A stretch of 64,000 nt of DNA from a virus. Lineage: Duplodnaviria; Caudoviricetes. The notes under the pieces were generated by a model. It searched no databases and was not told the DNA's origin. It was given only the letters and a program-made list of their open reading frames with translations. The DNA lies in the IMG/VR virus record IMGVR_UViG_3300033075_000545, positions 32,001 to 96,000 of that record; one strand, 5' to 3'. The translations under genes were made by a program, and so were the position numbers. This document shows, piece by piece, positions 47,590-57,189 of the stretch. How positions within the stretch are numbered: the first letter of the stretch is position 1; each line of letters opens with the position of its first letter.

Positions 47590-48552
47590 ATGAGCATCGA
47601 AGCACCCGTGGTCAAACGGCCCCGTGGGCGCCCGCGTAAATACCCGTTGCCCGCAACTACGAACGGTACTTCCAACGACGTTCACACGGACACCCCAGAG
47701 GTAGCGGTCAAGCGACGTCCAGGTCGGCCTAAGAAAGACGCGACTGCAGATGTCACTGGGATCGCGGTTGTGAAGAAACCCCGTGGGCGTCCACGACTTG
47801 CTGACGCGGCCCCGCGACCTCAGGTTGAGGTAACGGTTGCACTGCGAGAAGAGATGACTAAGGTCCGGACGGACCTGGACAAGCTCAACGAGCAAGAGAT
47901 CGAACTGTATCGAAGTATCGGTGAGCGGTTGAACACCATTGTCGACGACGGTACGGGGAAATACGGTAAGCAGCCCGAGAAGGCGATGTACCAGGTGATG
48001 CCGTTGGGGCGGGACAGTCTGCGACCGATGATGGTCCTGGCTCGTACTTATTCGGCTGATGAAGTACGTCGACTTTCGACGCTACGCAACAAAGAGACGG
48101 AAGAACGTCTGACGTGGACTCACGTCAGTGCCTTGATGCGAATCAAGGATAAGGCGAAGGCCATGACCCTGGCTGAAAAAGCCGTCGAGAGTGGGTGGTC
48201 GGCCAGGGAGCTGGTCAAGAACGTCATTAAGACTGCGGGTGGTCCGCGGTCGAAGGGGGCCCGCCCGATGAAGAAGGCGCGGTCTTTGGAGGAGGTCAAC
48301 GAAGACATTCGGGACAAGTCTCAGAACTGGCTGAATACCGCTGAGAAGCGGTGGCTGACCGAGGGCGGTGTAGTCGACCTGTTCGCTGCGGAGCTGGCGA
48401 AGAAGAGGCCGACACAAAGCACTGTTGATGATATGGATCGCACCATTACAATCGTTGAAGAACTGATCGTCACCGCACGTCAGGTGACACACCAACTCAA
48501 CGCGTTGCGTGGGCAAGCGAATGCCGCTCGGCAGACCCGGTCCGTGCTATAA
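47590..48552 (+). CDS. DNA-binding protein with three AT-hooks and a YhcG-N/ParB-like helical domain
   Basis: GGAG RBS; PRGRPRK, RPGRPKK, PRGRPR; LTWTH..L..I....A..GWSARELV. Confidence 0.7.
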   Translation: MSIEAPVVKRPRGRPRKYPLPATTNGTSNDVHTDTPEVAVKRRPGRPKKDATADVTGIAVVKKPRGRPRLADAAPRPQVEVTVALREEMTKVRTDLDKLNEQEIELYRSIGERLNTIVDDGTGKYGKQPEKAMYQVMPLGRDSLRPMMVLARTYSADEVRRLSTLRNKETEERLTWTHVSALMRIKDKAKAMTLAEKAVESGWSARELVKNVIKTAGGPRSKGARPMKKARSLEEVNEDIRDKSQNWLNTAEKRWLTEGGVVDLFAAELAKKRPTQSTVDDMDRTITIVEELIVTARQVTHQLNALRGQANAARQTRSVL

Positions 48553-48668
48553 GTCCCGAGTGTCTCAGTCTGGGGCCAAGCGTCCTAGACCTGACTCCCC
48601 TAAGAAGCCCGGTCTCGGGCGCCCTAAGAAGGAGAAGTTCAAGGACGTCACAATAGCGGACGTTGCCA

Positions 48669-49532
48669 ATGCAAACCGTGAACTTGGTGGTTAAAAGACG
48701 CAACCGGCTGATCGACATTCTTAAGTCGTCGGCCGGTTGTGACTTTTTATCGGGGGATAGTATCAATGCGGCAGCGGAAGCAGCCATCACAGTACTCCCT
48801 AAGGGATGTAAGTATGACGCCGTATATCGTTCACTGTTGCCTCTCTTAGCGAAGCATGCGGACGATGACGTTCGTAAAGTGTGCTGGTCTCTAGCTGCGG
48901 ACGTTGAGTCTCTTCGTGCAGGGCTCCCGGTTGCGCCGGGGCGGTTACCGAACGAGCCTACGGAGTTGGTGGTTCAGGTCGTGGCTAACCGGAGGATGCC
49001 TAGCAAGAGGGCATCAAACGGTAACTTTCCGGTCTTGTTTCGGGTCCAATCCATGGTCGGGTTCGGTGCACCGCACCGGTTCGACTTCGTGTGCAGTTCG
49101 AAGTTCTTGTCCTATCTCGCAACGCAACCAAATGGGATCGGGTACGCCGGAAGACCCAAGTTCGGTCACGCCCCGCAGGGGAGGCCGTATAAGAGTTTCC
49201 GAACGTACGTTGGGATGCGGTTCGCGGCTACTGTTCTCGCGCAAGATAAGCGGGCGTCGGTGACCAAGTTCCGTTGTTCAGGGGCCATGCGGGAGTTTAA
49301 CCGCAAGGTCATGGAGATGCGTTGGCGACAAGGATTCACATGTCCGTTCGGATTCACCCACCACTGCCACGATTGTCCTAAAGGACAGAACTCGTGTCCG
49401 GCAGCAGTGCGTCCGTTGGATCTTGTGGATCAGTTGTGTCCGGCGTGTACAGCGATGGCGCCACACGATCCGTTCTGGAACCAGAACGTGTGCGTGACGT
49501 GTGCTTCGAAAGGTCGAAAACGAGATTCCTAA
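48669..49532 (+). CDS. Hypothetical protein with C-terminal Cys/His-rich Zn-binding region
   Basis: CPFG..HHCHDC..CP..CPAC..CVTC. Confidence 0.7.
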   Translation: MQTVNLVVKRRNRLIDILKSSAGCDFLSGDSINAAAEAAITVLPKGCKYDAVYRSLLPLLAKHADDDVRKVCWSLAADVESLRAGLPVAPGRLPNEPTELVVQVVANRRMPSKRASNGNFPVLFRVQSMVGFGAPHRFDFVCSSKFLSYLATQPNGIGYAGRPKFGHAPQGRPYKSFRTYVGMRFAATVLAQDKRASVTKFRCSGAMREFNRKVMEMRWRQGFTCPFGFTHHCHDCPKGQNSCPAAVRPLDLVDQLCPACTAMAPHDPFWNQNVCVTCASKGRKRDS

Positions 49533-49550
49533 CTTTATGAAAGGACAGTC

Positions 49551-50105
49551 ATGTCCAGTTCGAACAAACTACATCCCTATTCGTGGAGGGCTGATTGGTT
49601 CGTTCATGTTAACGACGTACCTTATGTGTACGTGGTACAACTAGGTGCAGCGTTATACCACCCTGTTGATCATGTCGTTCCGTTTCTGGTCAAACTAGAC
49701 AACGTCATGGCTGGCAAGGAGAGAGTTACTGTTGCGAGTCTTGACGACAATGACCTGAAGCACACGGTTCCGGGGGCAGGAGTCCGCGTCCCGAATACAC
49801 ATACGCTCCATCTCAGACATGAGCCTACGGCGGATGTGGATATTCTAGGTGCGATGGAGTATCTCTGGCCAGAGTTCATCTTGGACTCCGAGATCCGCAA
49901 GCAGTACGACATTAGAAAGAGAATGTTTCCTCCGCCCGCGTATGTGTGGAATCTGTATCGGACTGGAGGGGAGGGGATTGAGGTGTCGTTCCAGTATATG
50001 GATAAGAACGGTGAGATGGTTCCTGACTGGGACCTACCGAGGATGTCCGTGACGGCGTTGTTGGAGGTGATGGCAGCGAAAGAGGGAGCGGTTAAGAGCG
50101 TGTAA
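49551..50105 (+). CDS. Hypothetical protein, paralog A
   Basis: AAGGA RBS; aligns with the next ORF. Confidence 0.8.
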   Translation: MSSSNKLHPYSWRADWFVHVNDVPYVYVVQLGAALYHPVDHVVPFLVKLDNVMAGKERVTVASLDDNDLKHTVPGAGVRVPNTHTLHLRHEPTADVDILGAMEYLWPEFILDSEIRKQYDIRKRMFPPPAYVWNLYRTGGEGIEVSFQYMDKNGEMVPDWDLPRMSVTALLEVMAAKEGAVKSV

Positions 50106-50159
50106 CCGCCTGATGTGTTGGTTTGGATTTTCGTAACCACTTTTTGATGGAGATTTGAG

Positions 50160-50717
50160 ATGCCGAAGCCGCTTGCACACACTTGGCGTGGTGACTGGTT
50201 CTTCTACCTCGATGGGGAGGAGAAGGATCCGATTTACGTGGTACAGTTGGGCGCAGCGTTCTTCTGTCCGGTCGAGGACATCCTGCCGTTCCTGTTCGAG
50301 GTCGAGAAATTGATGGCGGGCAAGTCGAAGGTGTCCATTAAGGACCTTCCGAAGTCGGTGGATTCAGAGCCCGGACAAAAGTCCGGCATCAAGGTCCCGA
50401 ATTGTGATCACTACGCGGAGAATCCCAGACCGCAGACGATGAACTTGCCGAGCGTCATGAACTACCTCTGGCCGGAGTTCATTCTCGATACGGAGATCCA
50501 GAAGAAGCATGACGTCAAGAAGCGGAAGTTCGTGAAGCCCTCCTTCCAGTGGAACGTGTACTACAAGGAGGGTGAGCCGATGGAAGTCGAGTTCAGGCAG
50601 TTGATGAAGGAGGACGGGTCCAGCGACCCGATGTTCCACACGGAACGGTTGACCTTGCCTGCCCTACTTGAACGTCTTAAGTTGCAGGATATCATTACCA
50701 GCACCATCCAAATTTGA
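50160..50717 (+). CDS. Hypothetical protein, paralog B
   Basis: GGAG RBS; shares WR.DWF, YVVQLGAA, MAGK, YLWPEFILD with paralog A. Confidence 0.8.
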   Translation: MPKPLAHTWRGDWFFYLDGEEKDPIYVVQLGAAFFCPVEDILPFLFEVEKLMAGKSKVSIKDLPKSVDSEPGQKSGIKVPNCDHYAENPRPQTMNLPSVMNYLWPEFILDTEIQKKHDVKKRKFVKPSFQWNVYYKEGEPMEVEFRQLMKEDGSSDPMFHTERLTLPALLERLKLQDIITSTIQI

Positions 50718-50741
50718 TATCCAAACGTGAAAGGCGAGGTT

Positions 50742-51263
50742 ATGCTCCAGATCCGAGGGTCCGACAATCGCGTGTACCGTCCTGGTCGCGACCTCGCCTT
50801 TCTTTTCGACCCGATTTGTCGGAAGGCCGCATACCGTTTGGCGGCTACGTCTTGGCACAGTGTCATCAAAGACTACGCAGCGTTCTCTGGACTTACGGAA
50901 ACTGCGTTAGTCGATGGCGCTGTGTGTTTGGCCAAGTTTCAAAAACTCTGCGGAAACTCGGACGTACCAAATTTCGCTGCGGCATTTACCAACTCGGGGC
51001 TGGCGGGGTTGCCGCACCCCGTTTTATTAGCGGTCATGTTTGAGGTTGGTCTTGGGACTTGTGCCGCGTTCTTCAACTGTGTTCGGGAGGCCATTAAACT
51101 CGGTCAAGCGTCTCCTGGGGCCGGAGCTGTTGAGGATATGGCTCAACGTGCGGCCTTTGCTATTAAGAAAGGTCTTCCCTCTGAGCACCGTGCTGCGACG
51201 GATGAGATGAATCGGGTGAACGTTTCCTACGACTCTGCACACCCTGCGCCCAAAGAAAGTTGA
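50742..51263 (+). CDS. Hypothetical protein
   Basis: GAGG RBS before ATG 50742. Confidence 0.65.
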   Translation: MLQIRGSDNRVYRPGRDLAFLFDPICRKAAYRLAATSWHSVIKDYAAFSGLTETALVDGAVCLAKFQKLCGNSDVPNFAAAFTNSGLAGLPHPVLLAVMFEVGLGTCAAFFNCVREAIKLGQASPGAGAVEDMAQRAAFAIKKGLPSEHRAATDEMNRVNVSYDSAHPAPKES

Positions 51264-51994
51264 ACGTGGCAACAACAAACACACAACGGCCGGATCCGTC
51301 CGTGGTCCGCGCCTGGGCCGATATGTACGGCATGCCCGTATCGTATGTGGTGTTGGACATTGAGACGTCGGGGCTGAACCACGATCACGATAAGGTCCTT
51401 CAAATTGGTTGGTGCACCGTACAGAATCGACGGTGCCAGGAGAACGCAGGGATCGTTATCGACCACACTGTAGGTATGTCAGACCTTGAATTGGCAATGT
51501 TGAAGTCGCGGATCGACGCGACAGCCGGGAAGATGAAAGAATTGGGGAAGCAGTACGGATGGTCAGTCTCAAGGATCCAAGAGAAGGGGGTATCGCCGAA
51601 GATTGCGGTGAACAAGTTGGTTGAAGTCACGGAGCCGTTTGACGACGTTTTGGCCCACTATGGTATCGCGTTCGACTATCCGATGTTGAGCAACCTGACC
51701 AAACCCATTAACGGATTCGAGCTCCCGAACTTGGAGTCTGGGCACATCCACGATAGCGCCCTCATGTATAAGGCGTGTGTCGCTCGAATTCGTCCTCGTC
51801 CACGTGAATCCTACGTGTCGTACATTAGTAGAATCATGGATACGCGTGGACCGTTCAAGTACTCGATGGCGACGTGCATTACGTACTTTGGTTTGGAGGC
51901 ACAAGGCGCTGTCGTTCGGCGATCACACGACGCGATCTACGACACGTGGCTTGCCCACCTCGTTTACGAGTCGATTCGAAACCTTGCCCAATAG
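51260..51994 (+). CDS. DEDDh 3'-5' exonuclease (DnaQ-like)
   Basis: LDIETSGL, AHYGIAFD, DS, HDAIYD. Confidence 0.88.
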   Translation: MNVATTNTQRPDPSVVRAWADMYGMPVSYVVLDIETSGLNHDHDKVLQIGWCTVQNRRCQENAGIVIDHTVGMSDLELAMLKSRIDATAGKMKELGKQYGWSVSRIQEKGVSPKIAVNKLVEVTEPFDDVLAHYGIAFDYPMLSNLTKPINGFELPNLESGHIHDSALMYKACVARIRPRPRESYVSYISRIMDTRGPFKYSMATCITYFGLEAQGAVVRRSHDAIYDTWLAHLVYESIRNLAQ

Positions 51995-52001
51995 GTCCAA
52001 C

Positions 52002-52556
52002 ATGATCTGCGTCGGAATCGATCCTGGTGGGGACGGCGGTCTTGTGGCGGTGACGTCAGATCCTAAGGATCCACAAAAGACTTCTGTGGTAGCGCACCTC
52101 GTCATGCCACTTCTGAAGACGGACGATCGCGTCAAGGACGTGGACATTGCGACGGTGGCGGATTGGCTTCGCGTAATCAAACCCGACGCGATTTATATTG
52201 AGCGTGTGGGGTACATGCCCGCTAAGTTCCGTGCCGGTGGGGCAACCAGCGGGTTTGGGGACTCGGTATTGTCTGGGCGGTATCGAGAGTTGTTGGGGAT
52301 GTTGAAAACGATGAAGCTCGCTTACTCCCCCGTGATGCCTGCGGTGTGGCAACGGGCGGTCGGGATTGTAACCCCGAAGATTCAGGGAGAAAACCGCGAC
52401 GAGCGACGTAAGCGAATTAAGGCGGCAGTGAGGTTGTTCTGTACGCGCAACTATCCGCCGATTGATAACTTCATCCCTCGACGGTGTCGGGTTCCTCACG
52501 ACGGGTTGATGGATGCCGCAGCCATTGCTCACTACGGTATGACCCGAGGTTTGTGA
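52002..52556 (+). CDS. RuvC-like Holliday junction resolvase
   Basis: MICVGIDPG..GG, YIERV, P..WQR, DGLMDAAAIAHYG. Confidence 0.85.
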   Translation: MICVGIDPGGDGGLVAVTSDPKDPQKTSVVAHLVMPLLKTDDRVKDVDIATVADWLRVIKPDAIYIERVGYMPAKFRAGGATSGFGDSVLSGRYRELLGMLKTMKLAYSPVMPAVWQRAVGIVTPKIQGENRDERRKRIKAAVRLFCTRNYPPIDNFIPRRCRVPHDGLMDAAAIAHYGMTRGL

Positions 52557-52557
52557 C

Positions 52558-53163
52558 GTGATCCTCCGACCTGAGTATGTGGGCGACACTCAACTCCCGT
52601 GGCCTGAAGGGGACCATGCAGGTCCGTCTGTGTACTACGGAGATGCTCACGTCGATTACCACCAGGGGAAATGGTCTCTCGCGGGGCTCGAGCGGGACCA
52701 TGTTCTGCTCTCTTCCGTTCTGCTCCCGTTGGCTGGGTTCCCGACAGATCCGGTGGCCGTATACTGGTCGGAGAATAATTTACCTAAGAGTGTGGCTCCC
52801 TATTGGGTCGATGTGGGACGTCAAGTACTTAAAGGACTCCCTCCTCCATACGACCAGATTGTGTTTGCGTGTCCGAAGGAATACGCAACTGGACTCATCA
52901 AGTTTCTGGACTGGACTGCTTTGCGGACACCTTCAGGTCACTTACTCAAGTCTGTACGCCAGCGACTTCCCATGGTGGATTGGCCTCTATTACGTGGGAT
53001 GTCCGTAGCGCCTCCAAAACCTCCCACTGTATTTGTAGATCTGTACGGAATTGAAACTGACACCCACGCTGTTGTGTGGTCGGTTCCGAAGAATCCTTGG
53101 ACAGACCCTATTAGTTTGGTCCAACGAGAGAAGCCGAAAGCGAGACCGTCCGATGGATCCTGA
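52558..53163 (+). CDS. Hypothetical protein
   Basis: Tiles the operon. Confidence 0.6.
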   Translation: MILRPEYVGDTQLPWPEGDHAGPSVYYGDAHVDYHQGKWSLAGLERDHVLLSSVLLPLAGFPTDPVAVYWSENNLPKSVAPYWVDVGRQVLKGLPPPYDQIVFACPKEYATGLIKFLDWTALRTPSGHLLKSVRQRLPMVDWPLLRGMSVAPPKPPTVFVDLYGIETDTHAVVWSVPKNPWTDPISLVQREKPKARPSDGS

Positions 53164-53449
53164 ACCTCTGTTTCACGTCGTGTATTGGTGGGGTGAAGCT
53201 GCTCCCAACCGAGAATCGTTCACGACTCTTGATCAGCTCCTGACATTCCTAGGGGAGGCGTATCAAGAGGCTCGGAATTCGCCGGTCTCCAAGAGCTGTC
53301 CGTACAACGTAATTGTTTTTAAGGGCTCGCGGTGTTTGATTTCAGGGACACCCCCTAACGTCACCATCGACGGCGTGACTGTTGCGATCCAGGCACCTGT
53401 GGTGGTGGATCCAGTAGATTCTTCGGATCGTACTTCACTCCTAGGCTAA
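53153..53449 (+). CDS. Hypothetical protein
   Basis: ATG overlapping the upstream gene end. Confidence 0.55.
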   Translation: MDPEPLFHVVYWWGEAAPNRESFTTLDQLLTFLGEAYQEARNSPVSKSCPYNVIVFKGSRCLISGTPPNVTIDGVTVAIQAPVVVDPVDSSDRTSLLG

Positions 53450-53533
53450 ATTCACCACCGTTTGCGGTCAGTATCAATTGGAGGGTGGTACGTCGCCACC
53501 GGACGGTTGTTGGAAGGCTGCTAGGAGCTTCTG

Positions 53534-54466
53534 ATGCGAGAAGATTTGAAGGTCGCCAAGTTTGAGCGACGGGTCGAAGAGACGGCGCGTTTGGGTAACT
53601 ACCCGTGGTTGTGGTATGACTTTGCTCACGAGGGGATGCCTCCGGCTGCTGCTGCAGCCGCGGCCAACAGTGTGTCGAACATGTGCCAAAAGGCCGGGAG
53701 GCACTTCCCGGACCAGTTTACGAAGCGGATTTGGGCCTCGTATATGGCGTCCCCAAACCCCGACAGGTTTGCCGAAACGGCTACTTCGCCCGTTCCCGGC
53801 AATCGGTACCCGATTCAGAACATGGCTATGGTTCTGGTTGGGGCGGTGGAGGCTGCGTTTACGCCGGGCGCGTATCCGGTGATTTGGAGCATGCTATGCC
53901 CGCTCGAGATGGTTGAGCCGGGTCGCATTGTGGCGCGTCCTCAGTATGTTCGGGGCGTGACGGCTCTGGTGGGTACGGGGCTTCAGTACGACGCCCCGCT
54001 GTTCGTCGAAGATGAGATTCGATGGGGTGTTTTGGCGATGACGGGTATGCGGATCTTGTGCGATTCCCTCTATCGGGAGTTCACACAGGAGGAGATGGTG
54101 CTTCGGAATCCCAAGTTTCAGGCCAAGTGTCGGGCTTACACGGAAGACGGGCTTGTTCGGGGCGTGTCTCAGGATGTCTATCTGCCATACAACACGATCG
54201 CGTTCGAGTTCTTGGAGGCCAAGAAGAACGGGCTGAGTACTGATGATATGGTGTGGGTGTTCGATAAGTGCGGACGTGATCGCGGACGTACTGATGCGGA
54301 ATGGATCGATTGTCCGGCGATGGTGCCATGGGGGATTATCCAGGCACCGCTCCCCACCGGGTTTGGCGGCGATCCGGATAACCCGGAGCACCACCGGATC
54401 ACGTATAAACACGAAGACGACACCGACACGATTATCTACCCCGCGGATTCGCGGATTGTAAACTAA
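53534..54466 (+). CDS. Hypothetical protein
   Basis: AGGAG RBS; followed by a terminator. Confidence 0.75.
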   Translation: MREDLKVAKFERRVEETARLGNYPWLWYDFAHEGMPPAAAAAAANSVSNMCQKAGRHFPDQFTKRIWASYMASPNPDRFAETATSPVPGNRYPIQNMAMVLVGAVEAAFTPGAYPVIWSMLCPLEMVEPGRIVARPQYVRGVTALVGTGLQYDAPLFVEDEIRWGVLAMTGMRILCDSLYREFTQEEMVLRNPKFQAKCRAYTEDGLVRGVSQDVYLPYNTIAFEFLEAKKNGLSTDDMVWVFDKCGRDRGRTDAEWIDCPAMVPWGIIQAPLPTGFGGDPDNPEHHRITYKHEDDTDTIIYPADSRIVN

Positions 54467-54473
54467 CCCACAG

Positions 54474-54505
54474 TTCGCACACCGTACGGGGTGTGCGAAT
54501 TTTTT
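54474..54505 (+). terminator. Intrinsic terminator
   Basis: ttcgcacacc-gtacgg-ggtgtgcgaa followed by tttttt. Confidence 0.85.
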
Positions 54506-54526
54506 AACCATCGGAGGTTTTTAACC

Positions 54527-55255
54527 GTGGCTGTTCCCGACGAAGATCTGTTTCAGGTTATGCCCAGCGGGGTACCGCTTGTTCGGTGCCCGTCTTCCCA
54601 AGGTGGTGACGGTGTTATCCCAGGTTACGACGTCTCCAATCTCTCTCGTTATACGATTACTATTGAGGAAGATCGGGGTGACGTCGATAAGGAAAAGACG
54701 AGCGAACGTATCGTGCTAACTCTCGACGGCCCTAATGATGCGGCTCTTAAGGAGGCGACTGAACGCGTGTCAAAACAAGTACCTGCCGGCCTCGACTCGG
54801 CTGCGGATCGTACAATGCGGGTCTACCGCGAGGCTGCGAGGATCAAGGCGACGCGGGAGTCGTTATCACTCCCAGCGGCTATTCCGCAGTCTGTGACTTC
54901 AGTCGTAACACCAGCGATAACAACCACCCTATTACCAGAACCGGCGACACAGAAGGCCACCATGAGTCCCGCGCCTGCAATGGTCCTAGTTGAGTATCTG
55001 TTGTCAGACGGCGCTACTGTTGTGGTCGGATATGATGACGTAGTGATCGATAGAAATACGCTCGCTCTGGCGACTTCAATTGATCAGACTGCGCGGATGG
55101 GTATGTACACCCCGCCAAAGACCACAGACGAGAAAGAGCATAAGATCCGGCTGCGGATCCCTGGTGTAGATGATACAATTGCCGCTTACATGCTCCAGGA
55201 TCCGTTTGTGATGGGTGGTCGCCGGTACCTGGTGATGTTGATCGAACGCGAATAA
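54527..55255 (+). CDS. Hypothetical protein
   Basis: GGAGG RBS before GTG 54527. Confidence 0.7.
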   Translation: MAVPDEDLFQVMPSGVPLVRCPSSQGGDGVIPGYDVSNLSRYTITIEEDRGDVDKEKTSERIVLTLDGPNDAALKEATERVSKQVPAGLDSAADRTMRVYREAARIKATRESLSLPAAIPQSVTSVVTPAITTTLLPEPATQKATMSPAPAMVLVEYLLSDGATVVVGYDDVVIDRNTLALATSIDQTARMGMYTPPKTTDEKEHKIRLRIPGVDDTIAAYMLQDPFVMGGRRYLVMLIERE

Positions 55256-55266
55256 GGTGATGTGAA

Positions 55267-57177
55267 TTGTACCCATACAATTACGCACAAACCGCGGGCA
55301 TTGCTCCGTCGTTTGACGGCGCAGCCCCGTTCGCGGACCCCTATCTTGACGTCGCTTCGACGGCTATGCCTCTCAGTATTCCCGCGATGTTGCGGCATGC
55401 TGAGTGGTTCTCCGTAACCAACGAAACGTTCCGTGAAGCGCTGAACAAGGTCGCGGCGTACTTCGTTACGGACATCGAGATCGAGGGGGATCTTGGGGAC
55501 GACGAGAAGCGGAATCAGAAGGACTACCTCAAAGACCAAATGCGGCTGATGAGCTCCCTTGTCGAGGCGAGCCTTAACCGTTTGGTTTACGGCAACCAAT
55601 ATACAAGTGTGGTACAGCCGATTACGCGGTATCTTGTGTGTCCAAAGTGCCACACCCAGTATCGTGCGGCTGAAGTTATTCAGCACCAGAAGCGGTTCGA
55701 GTTTGAGTGGAAGCAGGCGTTCCACTGCAAATGTCTGTCGTGCGGGCACAAAGGGAAGTTCGGCGGTGGGGCAAACGGAGGTCCGTTAGATCTACCCGAC
55801 GAGAGCCGTCCGCCGATCATTAAGGTGTGGAACCCTCACGATATTCGCCACGTCTACGTCGAGTATCTTGGTCGAGCCACCAAGTTTGACTGGGTGATGC
55901 CAGCAGACGTACGGACTGAAATCAAACAAGGCACTAATCTCGAAACTCTGATCGAAACGCCGTGGGATCACATCCAAGCGGCTCTTAACGACGAGAACGT
56001 GCGGTTCGACGAGGACTACATCCACCACTCTCGGGAGCCAGGACTTAACGGCCTTCGGATGCGGGGGTGGGGTGTCCCGCGGGCGATCATCAATTTCCGT
56101 CGACTGTTTCATATTCAAATCCTATATCGGATGAACGAGGTGCTTGCTTTGGGGCACATCGTTCCGATCCGCGTGGTCAGTCCGAAGACCACAGCGGGCC
56201 GGGGTATGGAAGACGGTGACATCCTAAAAATGTCGTTTATGGGTGACCTACGGGCTCGGTTTAATCAAATTGTCGCTAACCACCGGGCCGACCCGAACAG
56301 TATCCACTACTCTCCCACAGCTCTTCAGATGGATGCTTTGGGGGCTGATGCTAAGCAATTGATTCCGGCTGATCTGATCAAGTTGGCGCAGGAGACGTTG
56401 CTTAACGGTTCAGGCGTGCCGATCGAGTTTTACAACATGTCTATGGGTACACAGGTAGCACCCGTAGGTTTGCGGCTGATTGAGCGGTATTGGGCACCAC
56501 TTGTCGATGGCCTCAACGAGCTATTGTCGTTTATTCAGCGACGTATGCAGTTCTTGAAGAAGTGGGAGAAGAGTACGTATAAGCTTGCATCTGTGCGGGT
56601 CATCGACTCGATTGAGTTGAACCAACTCAAAGTTCAGATGGCCCAAGCCGGGCTTATGTCTCGCAGCTCTGCGCTCCAGGCGGTTGAGTCCGACTTCCGG
56701 ACGGAGACGAAGAAGAAGCTTGAAGACATGCGTATTGAGCAGACGGAGCAGGCAGATTACCAACAGAAGATGGACGCCTTCTCGTTTGGTCGTCAATTGG
56801 CCGAGGCTACACCTGTTGGTGGTCTTTCGCAAGGTGCTCCTCCTGCTCAGGGGGGCGGTGGAGATCCGTCGCAACAGGGGCAGCCGGCTCCAGGACAAGC
56901 CCCTGGTGTTCCGGCCGGTGCGGATCCCATGGCTGGGATTATGCCGCAACCTGGGGCGCGTATTGATCCCCAGGAACTCGAGTCCCGCGCCGACGCTGCG
57001 GTCCAAGTGTTGCTGCAGCTTGACGAGAGTACGCGGTTCTCGAAGCTCCAGGAGATTCGGAAGAACAATCAACTGTTCCATAAGATCGTCACCGGAAAGC
57101 TCGACGAGAAGCGCCGGGAGATGCGATCGGAAGGGCAGAGACTTGTTCAATCACAACAGTACGGGACACAGTCCTGA
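55267..57177 (+). CDS. Putative portal protein with Zn-ribbon insertion
   Basis: 636 aa; N-terminal helices, YGN motif, GWGVP, Q/P/G-rich C-terminal region as in portals of large phages; CPKC..CLSC insert. Confidence 0.55.
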   Translation: MYPYNYAQTAGIAPSFDGAAPFADPYLDVASTAMPLSIPAMLRHAEWFSVTNETFREALNKVAAYFVTDIEIEGDLGDDEKRNQKDYLKDQMRLMSSLVEASLNRLVYGNQYTSVVQPITRYLVCPKCHTQYRAAEVIQHQKRFEFEWKQAFHCKCLSCGHKGKFGGGANGGPLDLPDESRPPIIKVWNPHDIRHVYVEYLGRATKFDWVMPADVRTEIKQGTNLETLIETPWDHIQAALNDENVRFDEDYIHHSREPGLNGLRMRGWGVPRAIINFRRLFHIQILYRMNEVLALGHIVPIRVVSPKTTAGRGMEDGDILKMSFMGDLRARFNQIVANHRADPNSIHYSPTALQMDALGADAKQLIPADLIKLAQETLLNGSGVPIEFYNMSMGTQVAPVGLRLIERYWAPLVDGLNELLSFIQRRMQFLKKWEKSTYKLASVRVIDSIELNQLKVQMAQAGLMSRSSALQAVESDFRTETKKKLEDMRIEQTEQADYQQKMDAFSFGRQLAEATPVGGLSQGAPPAQGGGGDPSQQGQPAPGQAPGVPAGADPMAGIMPQPGARIDPQELESRADAAVQVLLQLDESTRFSKLQEIRKNNQLFHKIVTGKLDEKRREMRSEGQRLVQSQQYGTQS

Positions 57178-57189
57178 GAAAGGCCGAAG

